63,958 bases of DNA, filler included, from Lama guanicoe (GCA_013239625.1; 78 parts of 76 records of this genome joined end to end with filler, not necessarily neighbours in it), one strand, 5' to 3'; shown: positions 51,127-62,830, counted from the whole stretch's first letter. Program-made: numbers and translations. Notes: generated from the sequence alone by a model not told the origin.

Positions 51127-52201
51127 NNNNNNNNNNNNNNNNNNNNNNNNNNNNNNNNNNNNNNNNNNNNTTAATTAATTAANNNNNNNNNNNNNNNNNN
51201 NNNNNNNNNNNNNNNNNNNNNNNNNNGTCCCAGGGAGGGATGGAGGGAGGGCTAGAGGTGAAAGTAATAAGGACAAGTTGTTGGAGGAGATCAATCTCAG
51301 AGGAAGGCAGGACCTGACTAGGACCCAGCCCTTCTTCATGATGGGCTGGAGGGAAACACCACAGGCATCTAAACAGGATGATTCTCTGGTGCAGGGACTG
51401 AATGTGCTGCGTGCAAACTGCATGTAGGTCGTTTGGCATGTTGGCCTCCACCTCATACACACCAAAGGCCAATAACACCTCCAATCAATGCAACAACAAA
51501 AAGTAAAACAAAACCNNNNNNNNNNNNNNNNNNNNNNNNNNNNNNNNNNNNNNNNNNNNNNNNNNNNNNNNNNNNNNNNNNNNNNNNNNNNNNNNNNNNN
51601 NNNNNNNNNNNNNNNNNNNNNNNNNNNNNNNNNNNNNNNNNNNNNNNNNNNNNNNNNNNNNNNNNNNNNNNNNNNNNNNNNNNNNNNNNNNNNNNNNNNN
51701 NNNNNNNNNNNNNNNNNNNNNNNNNNNNNNNNNNNNNNNAGAACTCGGCCCCACCCATCCCAGCTGCCTCCACTCCAGCTTTCTCCCCAAGGCACCCACC
51801 CACAGACTCACTTCTCAGACAACTCCTGCTTTTCCTGACCGGCTGTGCCGTGTTCAGACTGCTGTGCCTCGGCGTGCGCGCTCTCCTCTACCCAGAGTGC
51901 ACGTCTCACGGCAAACTCCCAACTCACACACCAACACCCAGCACGAAGCTTTGTGAAGCCAGACACAGACAGCCGCAAGCCACTCAGGCCTCTGTCACCC
52001 ACGGCACTCTACAGGGGTATTTTGTGTTCCCACCCAACTGCACCCCATTGTTTGGAACAACAGCTACTGAAGGGCAGGTGCCATGTGAGTCCTTGCAGAG
52101 ANNNNNNNNNNNNNNNNNNNNNNNNNNNNNNNNNNNNNNNNNNNNTTAATTAATTAANNNNNNNNNNNNNNNNNNNNNNNNNNNNNNNNNNNNNNNNNNN
52201 N

Positions 52202-52745
52202 AATAAACAGCTGTATGTCCAGACAATGAAATAATATTCAGCACTAAAAAAAATGAGCTATGAAGCAATGAAAATACATGCAGAACTTCAAATGCAAATT
52301 CCTGTGAAAGAAGCTAATTTGAAAATGCTATGTTCTGTAAGATTCCTATATATTTTGGAAAAGGCAAACTATGAAGACAGTAAAATTATTGATTACCACA
52401 AGTTGGGGGNNNNNNNNNNNNNNNNNNNNNNNNNNNNNNNNNNNNNNNNNNNNNNNNGCAAAATATCGCTACATAGTGATTGATAGTTGTCATCACACAT
52501 TTGTCCAAACCCACAGAATGTACAATATCGAGAGTGACCTGTGATGTCAATGATGTCTGGTTAGGATGTGCCAGTGTAGTTTCACCAGGTTTAACAAATG
52601 AACTGCTCTGATGGGGGATGTGGATAACGGGGGAGGCTGTGCATGTTTGGGGGCAGGGGATATATGGGAAATCTCTGTACTTTCCCTTCAATTTTTCTGT
52701 GAGCCTAAATCTGCTCTAAAAGAAATAATGTCTTTAAAAAATTTT
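52202..52745 (+). mobile_element. L1MC1/L1MC2-like 3' end
   Basis: 'tttgtccaaacccacagaatgtacaa', 'gggggaggctgtgcatgtttgggggcaggggatatatgggaaatctctgtactttcccttcaatttttctgtgagcctaaatctgctctaaaa'. Confidence 0.85.
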
Positions 52746-53165
52746 TTTAATTACAAACAAACAAACCAACAGCCACACCTCTCAGTTTTACTGTCTTCAT
52801 ACCTTCACTCAGGGGAAGACCTTGACTGTAAGCTTGGCTGGAGATTTGGGGAGTACCTAAAACCTTTTCTGAAGCTGTATCTTTTCTGAGCTTGAGCGAA
52901 TATTCCCCAGCTAAAGAAGTTTACCCCCTTCTCTGGATCGTGTAAGCTCTTGCTCCTCCTTGGCGTCCATCTGCAGTAAGGTGGTCTCTCTGATTGTGTC
53001 TCAGTGGCCCTCAACATGGCCCCAAACTGCCAATCATGTTGGTGCTCTGAGTCAGGCCAGATGAGNNNNNNNNNNNNNNNNNNNNNNNNNNNNNNNNNNN
53101 NNNNNNNNNTTAATTAATTAANNNNNNNNNNNNNNNNNNNNNNNNNNNNNNNNNNNNNNNNNNNN

Positions 53166-54083
53166 TGTTTGACATGCTTCAGTGTTTTCCTAGTCCGGGC
53201 TCTGAGCCTAGGTGGGGGCTGGGCTCTAAAACCAAATATTAGCGTGTGCCTCTGTATGTTCAGTGGAGGTATTTAAACTACATCCAAACCTGGGAACACC
53301 TGTGCCGTCATGAAGATGCGTGGACACTCTTTCACCACCTCCAGCACACACACGAAAATGTGTTCAGCTATCCTGAGAGTGGGGAAGATCTTCCAAATGA
53401 CAGCAGTGCCTGGGTTCCAATAAAACCCCTTAGCTTGTATTTCCTGTGTGTTTCCCTACGCCGGACTGCGAGGGAAAGCTGTGGGTTGGGATTGGAAGCC
53501 AAGTTGCATCATCCAATGGACTGAGGAAATATTTTGAGGAATTCTCCCTAACGTGGAACACCTGTGCCCCTATTCTTCTGCGTGGAGTGGTTCTTCAAAC
53601 CTCCCCACCACACAAGGTTGGGTTCCAGTATCGTGAGTGTGGGGTAGTTCCTCCAACTGATATCAACCTCTTGGTTTTAATAGAATCCCTTTGCTTGTCT
53701 TCCCTGATGGCTTGCCTAGGCCAGTGTGTGGTTGAAAGTGGGATTTGGGCTCTAAAACTAAGTATCAGCTTGTGCCTCTACATGGGTAGTGGAGATGTTT
53801 AAACTACAACCCACAACTTGGGAATTACTGTGACCCCTGATAAATGCGTGTTCTTTATTTCCCCACCTCCAGCACACACACGAAGTTTTCTGGTATCCTG
53901 AGTGTGGGGAGGCACCTGAAACTGACAATTGCAGCTGGGATCTAATTGGATCCATTAGATTGATTTCCCTGAGTATTTTCCTTGGTAGGATTTTGAGCGA
54001 AGTTATGGGTTATGCTCTAAAACCAAGTATTAGCGAGCTCCGATCTTTTGGCAGTGGAGGTGGTTAAAGTATATCCCCAACCT
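53166..54083 (-). repeat. Diverged ~262-266-bp satellite related to satellite A (satellite A')
   Basis: 'ggaacacctgtg'/'ggaattactgtg' at 53293, 53555 and 53821; 'gctctaaaac' at 53223, 53749 and 54015. Motifs are colinear with the reverse strand of satellite A. Confidence 0.85.
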
Positions 54084-54183
54084 NNNNNNNNNNNNNNNNN
54101 NNNNNNNNNNNNNNNNNNNNNNNNNNNTTAATTAATTAANNNNNNNNNNNNNNNNNNNNNNNNNNNNNNNNNNNNNNNNNNNN

Positions 54184-54627
54184 AGGAAACAGACTGAGAA
54201 ACCAGAGTAAGTGTTTCTCCTGCAACATGTTCACCTTGTGCTAGATGAATGGACGTCTTTCCACATGCTCAGTTTTGAGAGTTAAGCGTGTGTAAAAGCC
54301 GTGCTTCACGTGGCTTGTTGGGAATACCAAGGTCCTTTTCAGTTGCAAACTCCACTCCATACATATATATGGGGAATTACAAGCTCCAACTCCGTTTAAC
54401 AGTGAAAACTGCAGGAACTTCAAATCGGCACTAGGAAACAGACTGAGAAACCAGAGTAAGTGTTTCTCCTGCAACCTGTTCCCTTTGTGCAAGGTGAACG
54501 AACGTCTCTAAATATGCTCAGGTTCAGAGTTAAGCATGTTTGAAAGCCGTCCTTCAAACTAGCTTGTTGGGAACACAAATTTTTTCTTCAATTGCAAATT
54601 CCACAACATATATATATATATATATAT
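54184..54627 (-). repeat. Satellite C subfamily 2, reverse orientation, ending in a (TA)n expansion
   Basis: 'aggaaacagactgagaaaccagagtaagtgtttctcctgcaac' occurs twice about 249 bp apart. Confidence 0.95.
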
Positions 54628-54727
54628 NNNNNNNNNNNNNNNNNNNNNNNNNNNNNNNNNNNNNNNNNNNNTTAATTAATTAANNNNNNNNNNNNNNNNN
54701 NNNNNNNNNNNNNNNNNNNNNNNNNNN

Positions 54728-55567
54728 ATGTAGAAAACAGAATATAGAATAGAGAATAGAGTATATAGAACCCAGATTTTAGAACATGGAATGGAGAACA
54801 CAGAATTTAGAATAAAGAATACAAAATACTGAATATAGAATTTAGAATTTAGAATGTAGAACACAGAATATAGAATATAGAATTCGAAATGCAGAATATT
54901 GAATGTAGAGTATAGAATGAAAAACCCAAAATTTTGTATATAGAATTGAGAATATAGAACACAGAATTTAAACATGGAATATAGAACACATATTTAAGAA
55001 TATAGAATACAGAATACTGAATATAGAATTTAGAATATAGAATGTAGAGCACAGAATATAGAATAAAGAATANNNNNNNNNNNNNNNNNNNNNNNNNNNN
55101 NNNNNNNNNNNNNNNNNNNNNNNNNNNNNNNNNNNNNNNNNNNNNNATTTAGAATATAGAATGTAGAACACGGAATGTAGAATATAGATTATGGAATGCA
55201 GAATATAGAATTTAGAATATAGAATGAAGAACGCAGACAATTGATTATAGAATACAGAATATAGAACACAGAAATTATAACATGGAATGCATAACACTGA
55301 ATTTAGAATATAGAATACAGAATAATGAATATAGAATTTAGAATATAGAATGTAGAACACGGAATGTAGAATATAGAATAAAGAATATTGAACCCAGAAT
55401 TTAGAACATGGAATGCTTAACACAGAATTTAGATTATTGAATGTAGAACACAGAGCTTAGAATATGGAATACAGAATGCAGAAGTAGAATTAAGAATATA
55501 GAATGAAGAACGCAGACAATTGATTATAGAATACAGAATATAGAACACAGTATATAGAACAAGGAAT
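54728..55567 (+). repeat. Satellite B
   Basis: TAGAATA-type heptamers. The rare word 'acgcagacaattgattatag' occurs at 55231 and 55510. Confidence 0.95.
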
Positions 55568-55771
55568 NNNNNNNNNNNNNNNNNNNNNNNNNNNNNNNNN
55601 NNNNNNNNNNNTTAATTAATTAANNNNNNNNNNNNNNNNNNNNNNNNNNNNNNNNNNNNNNNNNNNNTTTTTTTTTTTTTGACTAATAAAATTCTCCAGG
55701 TTATCCTTGATATTTTCCAGTTTCCTAGTTCATAAGAGATCATCTTTGTGAAAAGAGTTTTATAGATTCTC

Positions 55772-55923
55772 ATTTGTTTGTTTGTTTATTTGTTTTTTGT
55801 TTGTTTATTGAGGAGCGGGAGGCAACTGGGTCTATTTATTTACTTAGTGGAGGCCCTGGGGGTTGAACCCAGGACCTCATGCATGCTAGGCATGCGTTCT
55901 ACCGCTGAGCTATAGCCACTCCC
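55772..55923 (-). mobile_element. tRNA-Ala-derived SINE (camelid Vic-1 type), full length with target-site duplication
   Basis: Minus strand GGGAGTGGCTATAGCTCAGCGGTAGAACGCATGCCTAGCATGCATGAGGTCCTGGGTTCAACCCCCAGGGCCTCC has A-box, TGC anticodon-like loop and B-box, then an A-rich tail. Flanked by TAGATTCTC at 55763-55771 and 55924-55932. Confidence 0.88.
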
Positions 55924-56097
55924 TAGATTCTCTTGTTTAGATGTGTATTATATAATATAACTTTCTGATTTGTGTGCTTGTTTCTTTCTGTCTGGTCCCT
56001 AATTCCTCTTCTGTTTTTCCTCTTTTTAATCTTCCTCATCCTCTTACTCCCCCTCCTCCTCTTCCCGCCTCTTGTCACCATCCTTGTTTTGAATGTA

Positions 56098-56452
56098 AGT
56101 ATTTGGACTGCATATTTGTGTTCCGCCCCAAAACTGACATGTTGAAACCTAATTCCCAGTATGACAGGGTTTGGAGGCGGGGCCTTTGGGAAGTAATTAG
56201 GTCGTCAGGGTAGAGCTTTCATGAATGGGGTTAGTGCCCTTGTAAGAGACCCCATGGAGTCCCCTCACTCCCTTCTGCCATGTGAGGACACGGAAGACGG
56301 CCATAACCAAAAAGCCTTGCCAGACACTGAATCTGCCAGCACCTTGATCTTGGACTTACCAGCCTCCATTACTGTCAATAATAAATTTCTGTTGTTTGTA
56401 AATGACCCAGTGAATGGATTTCATAACAGCAGCCTGAACAGACTAAGTCAGA
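56098..56452 (+). mobile_element. MaLR LTR (MLT1A/MST-like), near complete
   Basis: 'tttggaggcggggcctttgggaagtaattaggtc...catgaatggggttagtgcccttgtaagagac...gaatctgccagcaccttgatcttggactt...aataaatttctgttgttt...gcagcctgaacagactaag'. Confidence 0.88.
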
Positions 56453-56670
56453 ATCATAATGTATCTCAGTGAGTATGGACCACTGGGGGTGTGGGAAAAG
56501 GGCTTAACCATAGAATATTATGAGAGTTCCTGATTTCCTATCAGGGAGGAGGGGGCGGCAAGGTGAGTATNNNNNNNNNNNNNNNNNNNNNNNNNNNNNN
56601 NNNNNNNNNNNNNNTTAATTAATTAANNNNNNNNNNNNNNNNNNNNNNNNNNNNNNNNNNNNNNNNNNNN

Positions 56671-57035
56671 AAAATACCATACGATATCACTCATATGTGG
56701 AATCTAAAAAAGAAAAAATGAAGACAAACAAATTTATTTATAAAACAGACTCACAGACATAGAAAACAAACTTATGGTTACCAGGAGAGGAGGGGTGGGA
56801 AGGGATAATCTGGGAGTTTGAGATTTGCAGATACTAAACTACTATATGTAAAATAGATTAAAAAAACAAGCTTCTACTGTATAGTACAAGAAACTATATT
56901 CAATATCTTGTAGTAGCTTACAGTGGAAAAAGAATATGAAAATATATGTATGTTCCTATATGTCTAAAGTATTGTGCTGTACACCAGAAATTGACACAAC
57001 ATTGTATACTTCAATAAAAATATATTTTTTAAAAA
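56671..57035 (+). mobile_element. Young LINE-1 3'UTR with poly(A) signal
   Basis: 'atatcactcatatgtggaatctaaaaaa...acagactcacagacatagaaaacaaacttatggttacc...acttcaataaaaa'. Confidence 0.9.
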
Positions 57036-57297
57036 GGGGCGCAAACATGAAAACATGATGATCCAGGGACAAAGCCATCAATCAATCAAGAGACCATCTG
57101 TAAGTGAGGGTATAAGACAGAAGAGTCAAACAGAGGCCATTGCTGTCTGCCCTTTGACCAGCCTGCCTCCCGTTCTTCAAGGTGCACTTTCCCTATGCTA
57201 ATAAAATCTTTAACTACACAACCCTTTTTTTTCTACTGTCTGAATTCTTCTTTTTCAGGTGAGACAAGAACCGAGGTCTTCCCCTTTTAGGGTAACA
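57036..57297 (+). mobile_element. ERV LTR 3' half
   Basis: TATAA near 57111, AATAAA at about 57200, 'gaattcttc...gagacaagaaccgagg', ending ...GGTAACA. Confidence 0.65.
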
Positions 57298-57613
57298 AGT
57301 CCAATACTCTCACTCCAGGATACAACATCATGTGAAAAAACACACACACACACAAATAAATATTACTTTGACAGCTTGTACAAATAAACTGCGAAAACCT
57401 CCCAATGCATAAATATACCTCAGGGAAAAAAGGTGAAGAGTGAAATGTTCATTTTAAAAGTTTCTATTTTGAAATAATTCACATACAGTTGCAAAGATAG
57501 CACTGAGAAGTCCNNNNNNNNNNNNNNNNNNNNNNNNNNNNNNNNNNNNNNNNNNNNTTAATTAATTAANNNNNNNNNNNNNNNNNNNNNNNNNNNNNNN
57601 NNNNNNNNNNNNN

Positions 57614-58393
57614 ATATAGAATGAAGAACACAGAATATAGAATATAAAATACAGAATATAGATCCCAGAATTTAGATCATGGAATGCAGAACACAGATTT
57701 TAGAATATATATTACAGTATACTGAACATAGAATTTAGAACAAAGAATGCAGAACACAGAATTTAGAATATAGAATACAGAATACTGAATATAGAATATA
57801 GAATATAGAAAGTAGAACNNNNNNNNNNNNNNNNNNNNNNNNNNNNNNNNNNNNNNNNNNNNNNNNNNNAGAATATAGAATTCAGAATACTGAATATACA
57901 ATTTAGATTATAGAATGCAGAACACAGAATTTAGAATATAGTATACATAATACTGAATATAGAATTTAGAATATAGAATGTAGAACAAGTTATAAAGAAT
58001 ATAGAATAAGAATGCAGAATATAGAAGGTAAAATATAGAATGATGCACACAAAATTTAGAATATACAATAGAGAATATAGAAGCCAGAATTTTAACATGG
58101 AATGCAGAACACAGAATTTTAAATATAGAATACAGTATACTGAATATAGAATTTAGAATAGAGAATGTAGAACACAGAATATAGAAAATAGAATACGGAA
58201 TGTAGAATATAAAATACAGAATATAGAATATAGAACACAGAATATAGAATATGGAAAACAAATTACAGCACCGAGAATTTAAACATGGAATGCAGAACAT
58301 AGAATTTTGTACATAGAACAAAGAATACTGAATATAGAATTTACAACATTGAATGCTGAAAACAGATTTTAGAATATAGAATACAGAATACTG
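57614..58393 (+). repeat. Satellite B
   Basis: TAGAATA-type heptamers. Confidence 0.95.
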
Positions 58394-58493
58394 NNNNNNN
58401 NNNNNNNNNNNNNNNNNNNNNNNNNNNNNNNNNNNNNTTAATTAATTAANNNNNNNNNNNNNNNNNNNNNNNNNNNNNNNNNNNNNNNNNNNN

Positions 58494-58995
58494 CTCCGCA
58501 AATTTTTGGAATTCTCTGAGAAGTATTCATGATAGCTCTTCTCTAAATGATTGGCAGAAGTCACCTTTGAAGCTGTCTTGGCCTGGAATTTTGTTTCTTG
58601 GGAGATTTTGTTTAATTACTAATTCAATTTCATTAGGGATAATCTGTTAATATTTTCTACTTCTCATTCCATTCTGAGATTTGGTCTTTCTAAGAAATTT
58701 TCCGTTTCTTCTAGGGATTCCATTTTAGTTGGAATATAATTTGTTGTATCATCTTATGATGCTTTGTGTTACTTTGATATAAGCTGTAACTTCCCATTTA
58801 TTTTGGAGCTTATTAATCTATTCTCTCTTTTTTGCTCATGAGTCTCATTAATATTTATCAGTTATATTTATCTTTCAAAGGCCATTATGTAGTTTGTTTT
58901 GATGATCCTTTTTTTAATTGTTATTTTATTTATTTCTATTCTGACCATTCAGCTGTCTTTCCTTCTACTAACAAGTTTGTTTATTATTTTGCAAC
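58494..58995 (-). mobile_element. Decayed LINE-1 ORF2 fragment
   Basis: 'tagctcttctctaaatgattggcagaagtcacctttgaagctgtcttggcctgga' (antisense of SPGPDGFT..FYQTFKEEL) and 'ttccttctactaac'. Confidence 0.8.
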
Positions 58996-59222
58996 NNNNN
59001 NNNNNNNNNNNNNNNNNNNNNNNNNNNNNNNNNNNNNNNTTAATTAATTAANNNNNNNNNNNNNNNNNNNNNNNNNNNNNNNNNNNNNNNNNNNNGGATT
59101 GTGGTCTCATGGTGTCTAAACCGTATGTTCAGATGAATACTATTGAAATCATATGGTGCAGAAAACGTACCTGTTCTGCTTCAAAAAATGACTGAAACAT
59201 TTAGCTTTGTTTATTCCCATAG

Positions 59223-59321
59223 AATTTGGATTGAATCTATTCTCGATTCTCTTCTTCCTTCAAACCAGTTTTTTACTGCAGGGTTTAAAGCCCAAATTAA
59301 AGAATTTTGGAGAAGACTCAT
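59223..59321 (+). CDS. Candidate orphan internal exon, 99 nt, phase 2-2 (IWIESILDSLLPSNQFFTAGFKAQIKEFWRRL)
   Basis: Preceded by 'ctttgtttattcccatAG' and followed by 'GTAATT'. The length is divisible by 3, the frame is stop-free and the sequence is non-repetitive. Gene not recognised. Confidence 0.35.
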
Positions 59322-59942
59322 GTAATTGATAAGAGTTTTACATCCGAGTTTAAGACTGACCCATATTTACACCTTTAATCAAGGAACACAATAAACTTTG
59401 TGAGTCGATCATTTATGACGTGTTTAACTGTGTCCATGTAATCTTTTGGAAGTTGAGAGGCTTAGACACCTGATCTAACAAAACAGGTATCATTGCTTGA
59501 CTCTGTGAATGAAAGAATCCCATTATAGTTTCCTGCAAGTATATTTTATTAAAAACAATAAAGAATTCTTGCTCTCTAATAAAGCAACAGAAAGATAAAA
59601 GCACATACTGAGTGTTTAAAATAAATAACACTATGGGAAATATTATCTAAATAACTCAAGGTACTATAGAGAAAATAGTATGAACTTGAAGGAAAATACA
59701 TATTGTACAATTAATATCCTATTTTTAAGAAGCAAATGATAAAAAATCCTATTTTTAAAAGATTTATCAAAAAAGGAGTTATATAAAGCCAAGTTATTTT
59801 CATAAGTTTTACATAAAAAAGAGCTATCTAAATCTATATTATNNNNNNNNNNNNNNNNNNNNNNNNNNNNNNNNNNNNNNNNNNNNTTAATTAATTAANN
59901 NNNNNNNNNNNNNNNNNNNNNNNNNNNNNNNNNNNNNNNNNN

Positions 59943-60494
59943 TGAATTATTGACTTAGAAGACAGGACAATAGAAAGCATCCAATCAGATTCTCTACAAG
60001 AGAAACAATTGAATAAATCATGAGACCTAAGGGATAATAAAAAGCACGCCAATCATGGCATGATAGAAATCCCAGAAGGGGAGGAATGATCAAAGGGGAT
60101 TGCAAAGGTGTTTGAAGAAATAATGACTGAGAACTTCCCAAACAGATACAAGGAANNNNNNNNNNNNNNNNNNNAGAATGTCCCAAACAGGAAGAACCCA
60201 AATACCAACACCAAGACATAAAATTAAGATGGCCAGAGTCAAGGATAAAGAAATGATCCTAAAGGCAGCAAGAGAATAGCAAAGAGTGAGTTATAAGGGA
60301 ATCCCCATAAGGCTCCCAGCTGATTTCACTACATCAATACTAAATGCCTGAAGGGAGTGGAAAGGTATACTCAATGTCCTGAATGAAAAAAAGTTATATC
60401 CTAGGATATTTTAATCAGCATGTATATCCTTTATGGTAGAAGGATACATAAAGAATTTCACAGACAAGAAAATGCTACAAGAGTTTAGCAACAC
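59943..60494 (+). mobile_element. LINE-1 ORF1 fragment, same subfamily as 44223-45034
   Basis: Colinear with 44490-45034 (e.g. 'aagggaatccccataaggctcccagctgatttcact'). Confidence 0.9.
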
Positions 60495-61147
60495 NNNNNN
60501 NNNNNNNNNNNNNNNNNNNNNNNNNNNNNNNNNNNNNNTTAATTAATTAANNNNNNNNNNNNNNNNNNNNNNNNNNNNNNNNNNNNNNNNNNNNAGGACA
60601 GAAAACAAGTCCAGGAGAGGCTAAGCCGACCCACCAATTCTCCGTCTCACAGGACTTGTCACTCCAGACCCGGACTCGAACTCGGACCCATGTTTGTAAC
60701 CACAGTACTACCGTATTTTATGTGCTTTTTGTGTGTATAATACATTTGTTTCTGGCATGAAAGGGTATTTAATAAATGATCGGTTGTCTTGTCTATCTCA
60801 TTAGTTCACAATCTTTATATTTTTGAATTGTACTCTTCCCCTGGAGAAAGGAACGGAAAGAGCGGGGGTCAGAATGAGGTGGGGCTCCATTCTTTATCTG
60901 TTACCTCATCTCATCCAAGTCCCGAAAGAGCAAATGTTCTCTTAATCATTTAAAGAGAGGGCTCCAGTCATGGTGACTTACTCAACTCCAAAACCAACTC
61001 TGGGGGAAGGGCACATGTAGCAACGAGAGCAGTATCACCTGTAGGAANNNNNNNNNNNNNNNNNNNNNNNNNNNNNNNNNNNNNNNNNNNNTTAATTAAT
61101 TAANNNNNNNNNNNNNNNNNNNNNNNNNNNNNNNNNNNNNNNNNNNN

Positions 61148-62023
61148 GGCTACGTTTGTGATGGCCAAAACCTGGAAACCACCCAAATGTTCTTCACTGG
61201 GTGAATGGTTAAAAAGGCTTCCGGACATCCATCCAATCACATATTATTTATAGATCTTCCACAATTCCCATGGAGTTGGGTCCCAGTAAACCATCATAAG
61301 TTGAAAATAGTGTAATAAGTCAAAAATGCATTTCATAATCTAACCAACCAAGCATCGTAGCTGAGCCTAGCTTAGCTTAAATGTGCTCAACATTTACATT
61401 AGCCTACAGCTACAGGGGAAAATCATCTAACACATAGTCTATTTTACACTAAAGGGTAGAGATTCTCATAATTTACTGAGTATTGTATTGAAAGTGAAGA
61501 GCAGAATGGTTGTGTGGGTACAGAATGCTTCTAAGTGTTTTCGTTGTTTTATCCTGTGGTGAGGGGAGCTCAGCTTGCACAGCTTCACCAGACAGTATCA
61601 CATGCCATGTTACTAGCCTGGAAAAGATGAAAATTCAATATTCCTAGCATGGCTTCTACAGAATGCATGTGGCTTTCTCACCACTGTACCGTCAAAACTA
61701 CTAAGTTGAATCATCATAATTTGGAGACAGTCTGTAGTGACTAAAAGAACAGACGGTTGATACGTGCAATAAACTAGATGTACCTCAAGGGAAAGGGTGT
61801 TAAGTGGAAAAAAAAATCAACCCCCAAATGGTGCAGGGTGTGTGATTACACTTACTGGTTTATTATGGTCCCACACATGATGTATGATTTTACTTATACC
61901 ACATTCTCAAAACAAAAAAATATAAAGATGCAAAAAAATCAGTTGCCAGGGGTTATCAAGGGATGCACGGGTGTGGAGCGTGTGCAAAGTGAATTTCTTT
62001 AGGGTGATGAAACAGTTCTGTAT
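61148..62023 (+). mobile_element. Old LINE-1 3' end, interrupted by a Tigger element
   Basis: 'gccaaaacctggaaaccacccaaatgttcttcactgggtgaatggttaaa' before the insertion and 'agttgccagggg...ggtgatgaaacagttctgtat' after it. Confidence 0.75.
61251..61734. mobile_element. Tigger2a-like (TcMar) non-autonomous DNA transposon with TA duplication
   Basis: Internal motifs 'aagttgaaaata...aaaaatgcatt', 'tagctgagcctagc', 'ttacattagcctacag', 'aaaatcatctaacaca', 'cagaatggttgtgtgggtac'. Ends are TA|TAGAT... and ...GTCTG|TA. Confidence 0.82.
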
Positions 62024-62694
62024 NNNNNNNNNNNNNNNNNNNNNNNNNNNNNNNNNNNNNNNNNNNNTTAATTAATTAANNNNNNNNNNNNNNNNNNNNN
62101 NNNNNNNNNNNNNNNNNNNNNNNGAGATAAAGTAGTAGTAGTCGTTACAATTTTGGTAAACCCAAGGTGCGTGGTCAGGACAAGTTTTCACAGTATTTGG
62201 GGGTAGGGAGGCAACAATAAAAAGAAATTTATCCTGAAAACAAGAAATTAAATTCTTGGGAAGATGATGTGTTCAGCTTGAAATGTCAGTTATACTTTAA
62301 TGACCTTGGTCTAATAATATCCTGCCTTATAATTTGATATGTTTGGCAACTGGGTCATGAATCTAATGGTACCACAGTTTCGGGAGCAGAACAGACCACC
62401 CCACGATGGGAACGGGACAACCATCTGTATCCCATGGGCAAACTGGGGTTATTTTATGAAAGAATGAGCAAGTCATCAGTGGAGATTTCGGTTTGCTGGT
62501 TATACTAGAGTATGTTTTGGGTCTCAGAAGCATCAGTTACCGAGGCAAACAATGACCTAGCATACCGAAATGGAGCCCGCTTTTCTCCATTAGANNNNNN
62601 NNNNNNNNNNNNNNNNNNNNNNNNNNNNNNNNNNNNNNTTAATTAATTAANNNNNNNNNNNNNNNNNNNNNNNNNNNNNNNNNNNNNNNNNNNN

Positions 62695-62830
62695 GAATTT
62701 GAAAAGGAATATAAAATATATATTCAGATATATATATATATATATCTGGATCACTTTGCTGTACACCTGAATCTAACACAATATTGCAAATCAATGATAC
62801 TCCAATTAAAAAATAAATGAAAGCAAATAA
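62695..62830 (+). mobile_element. LINE-1 extreme 3' end
   Basis: 'atcactttgctgtacacctgaatctaacacaatattgcaaatcaatgatactccaattaaaaaa'. Confidence 0.85.

Noticed and set aside
51740..52101. GC/CpG-richer patch with a minus-strand GTGAGT donor-like site near 51805-51810
   Set aside because: No acceptor, promoter or recognisable peptide, so support is insufficient.
55849..55921. tRNA-Ala gene
   Set aside because: The acceptor stem is degenerate and there is an A-rich tail and TSD, so it is a SINE rather than a tRNA gene.
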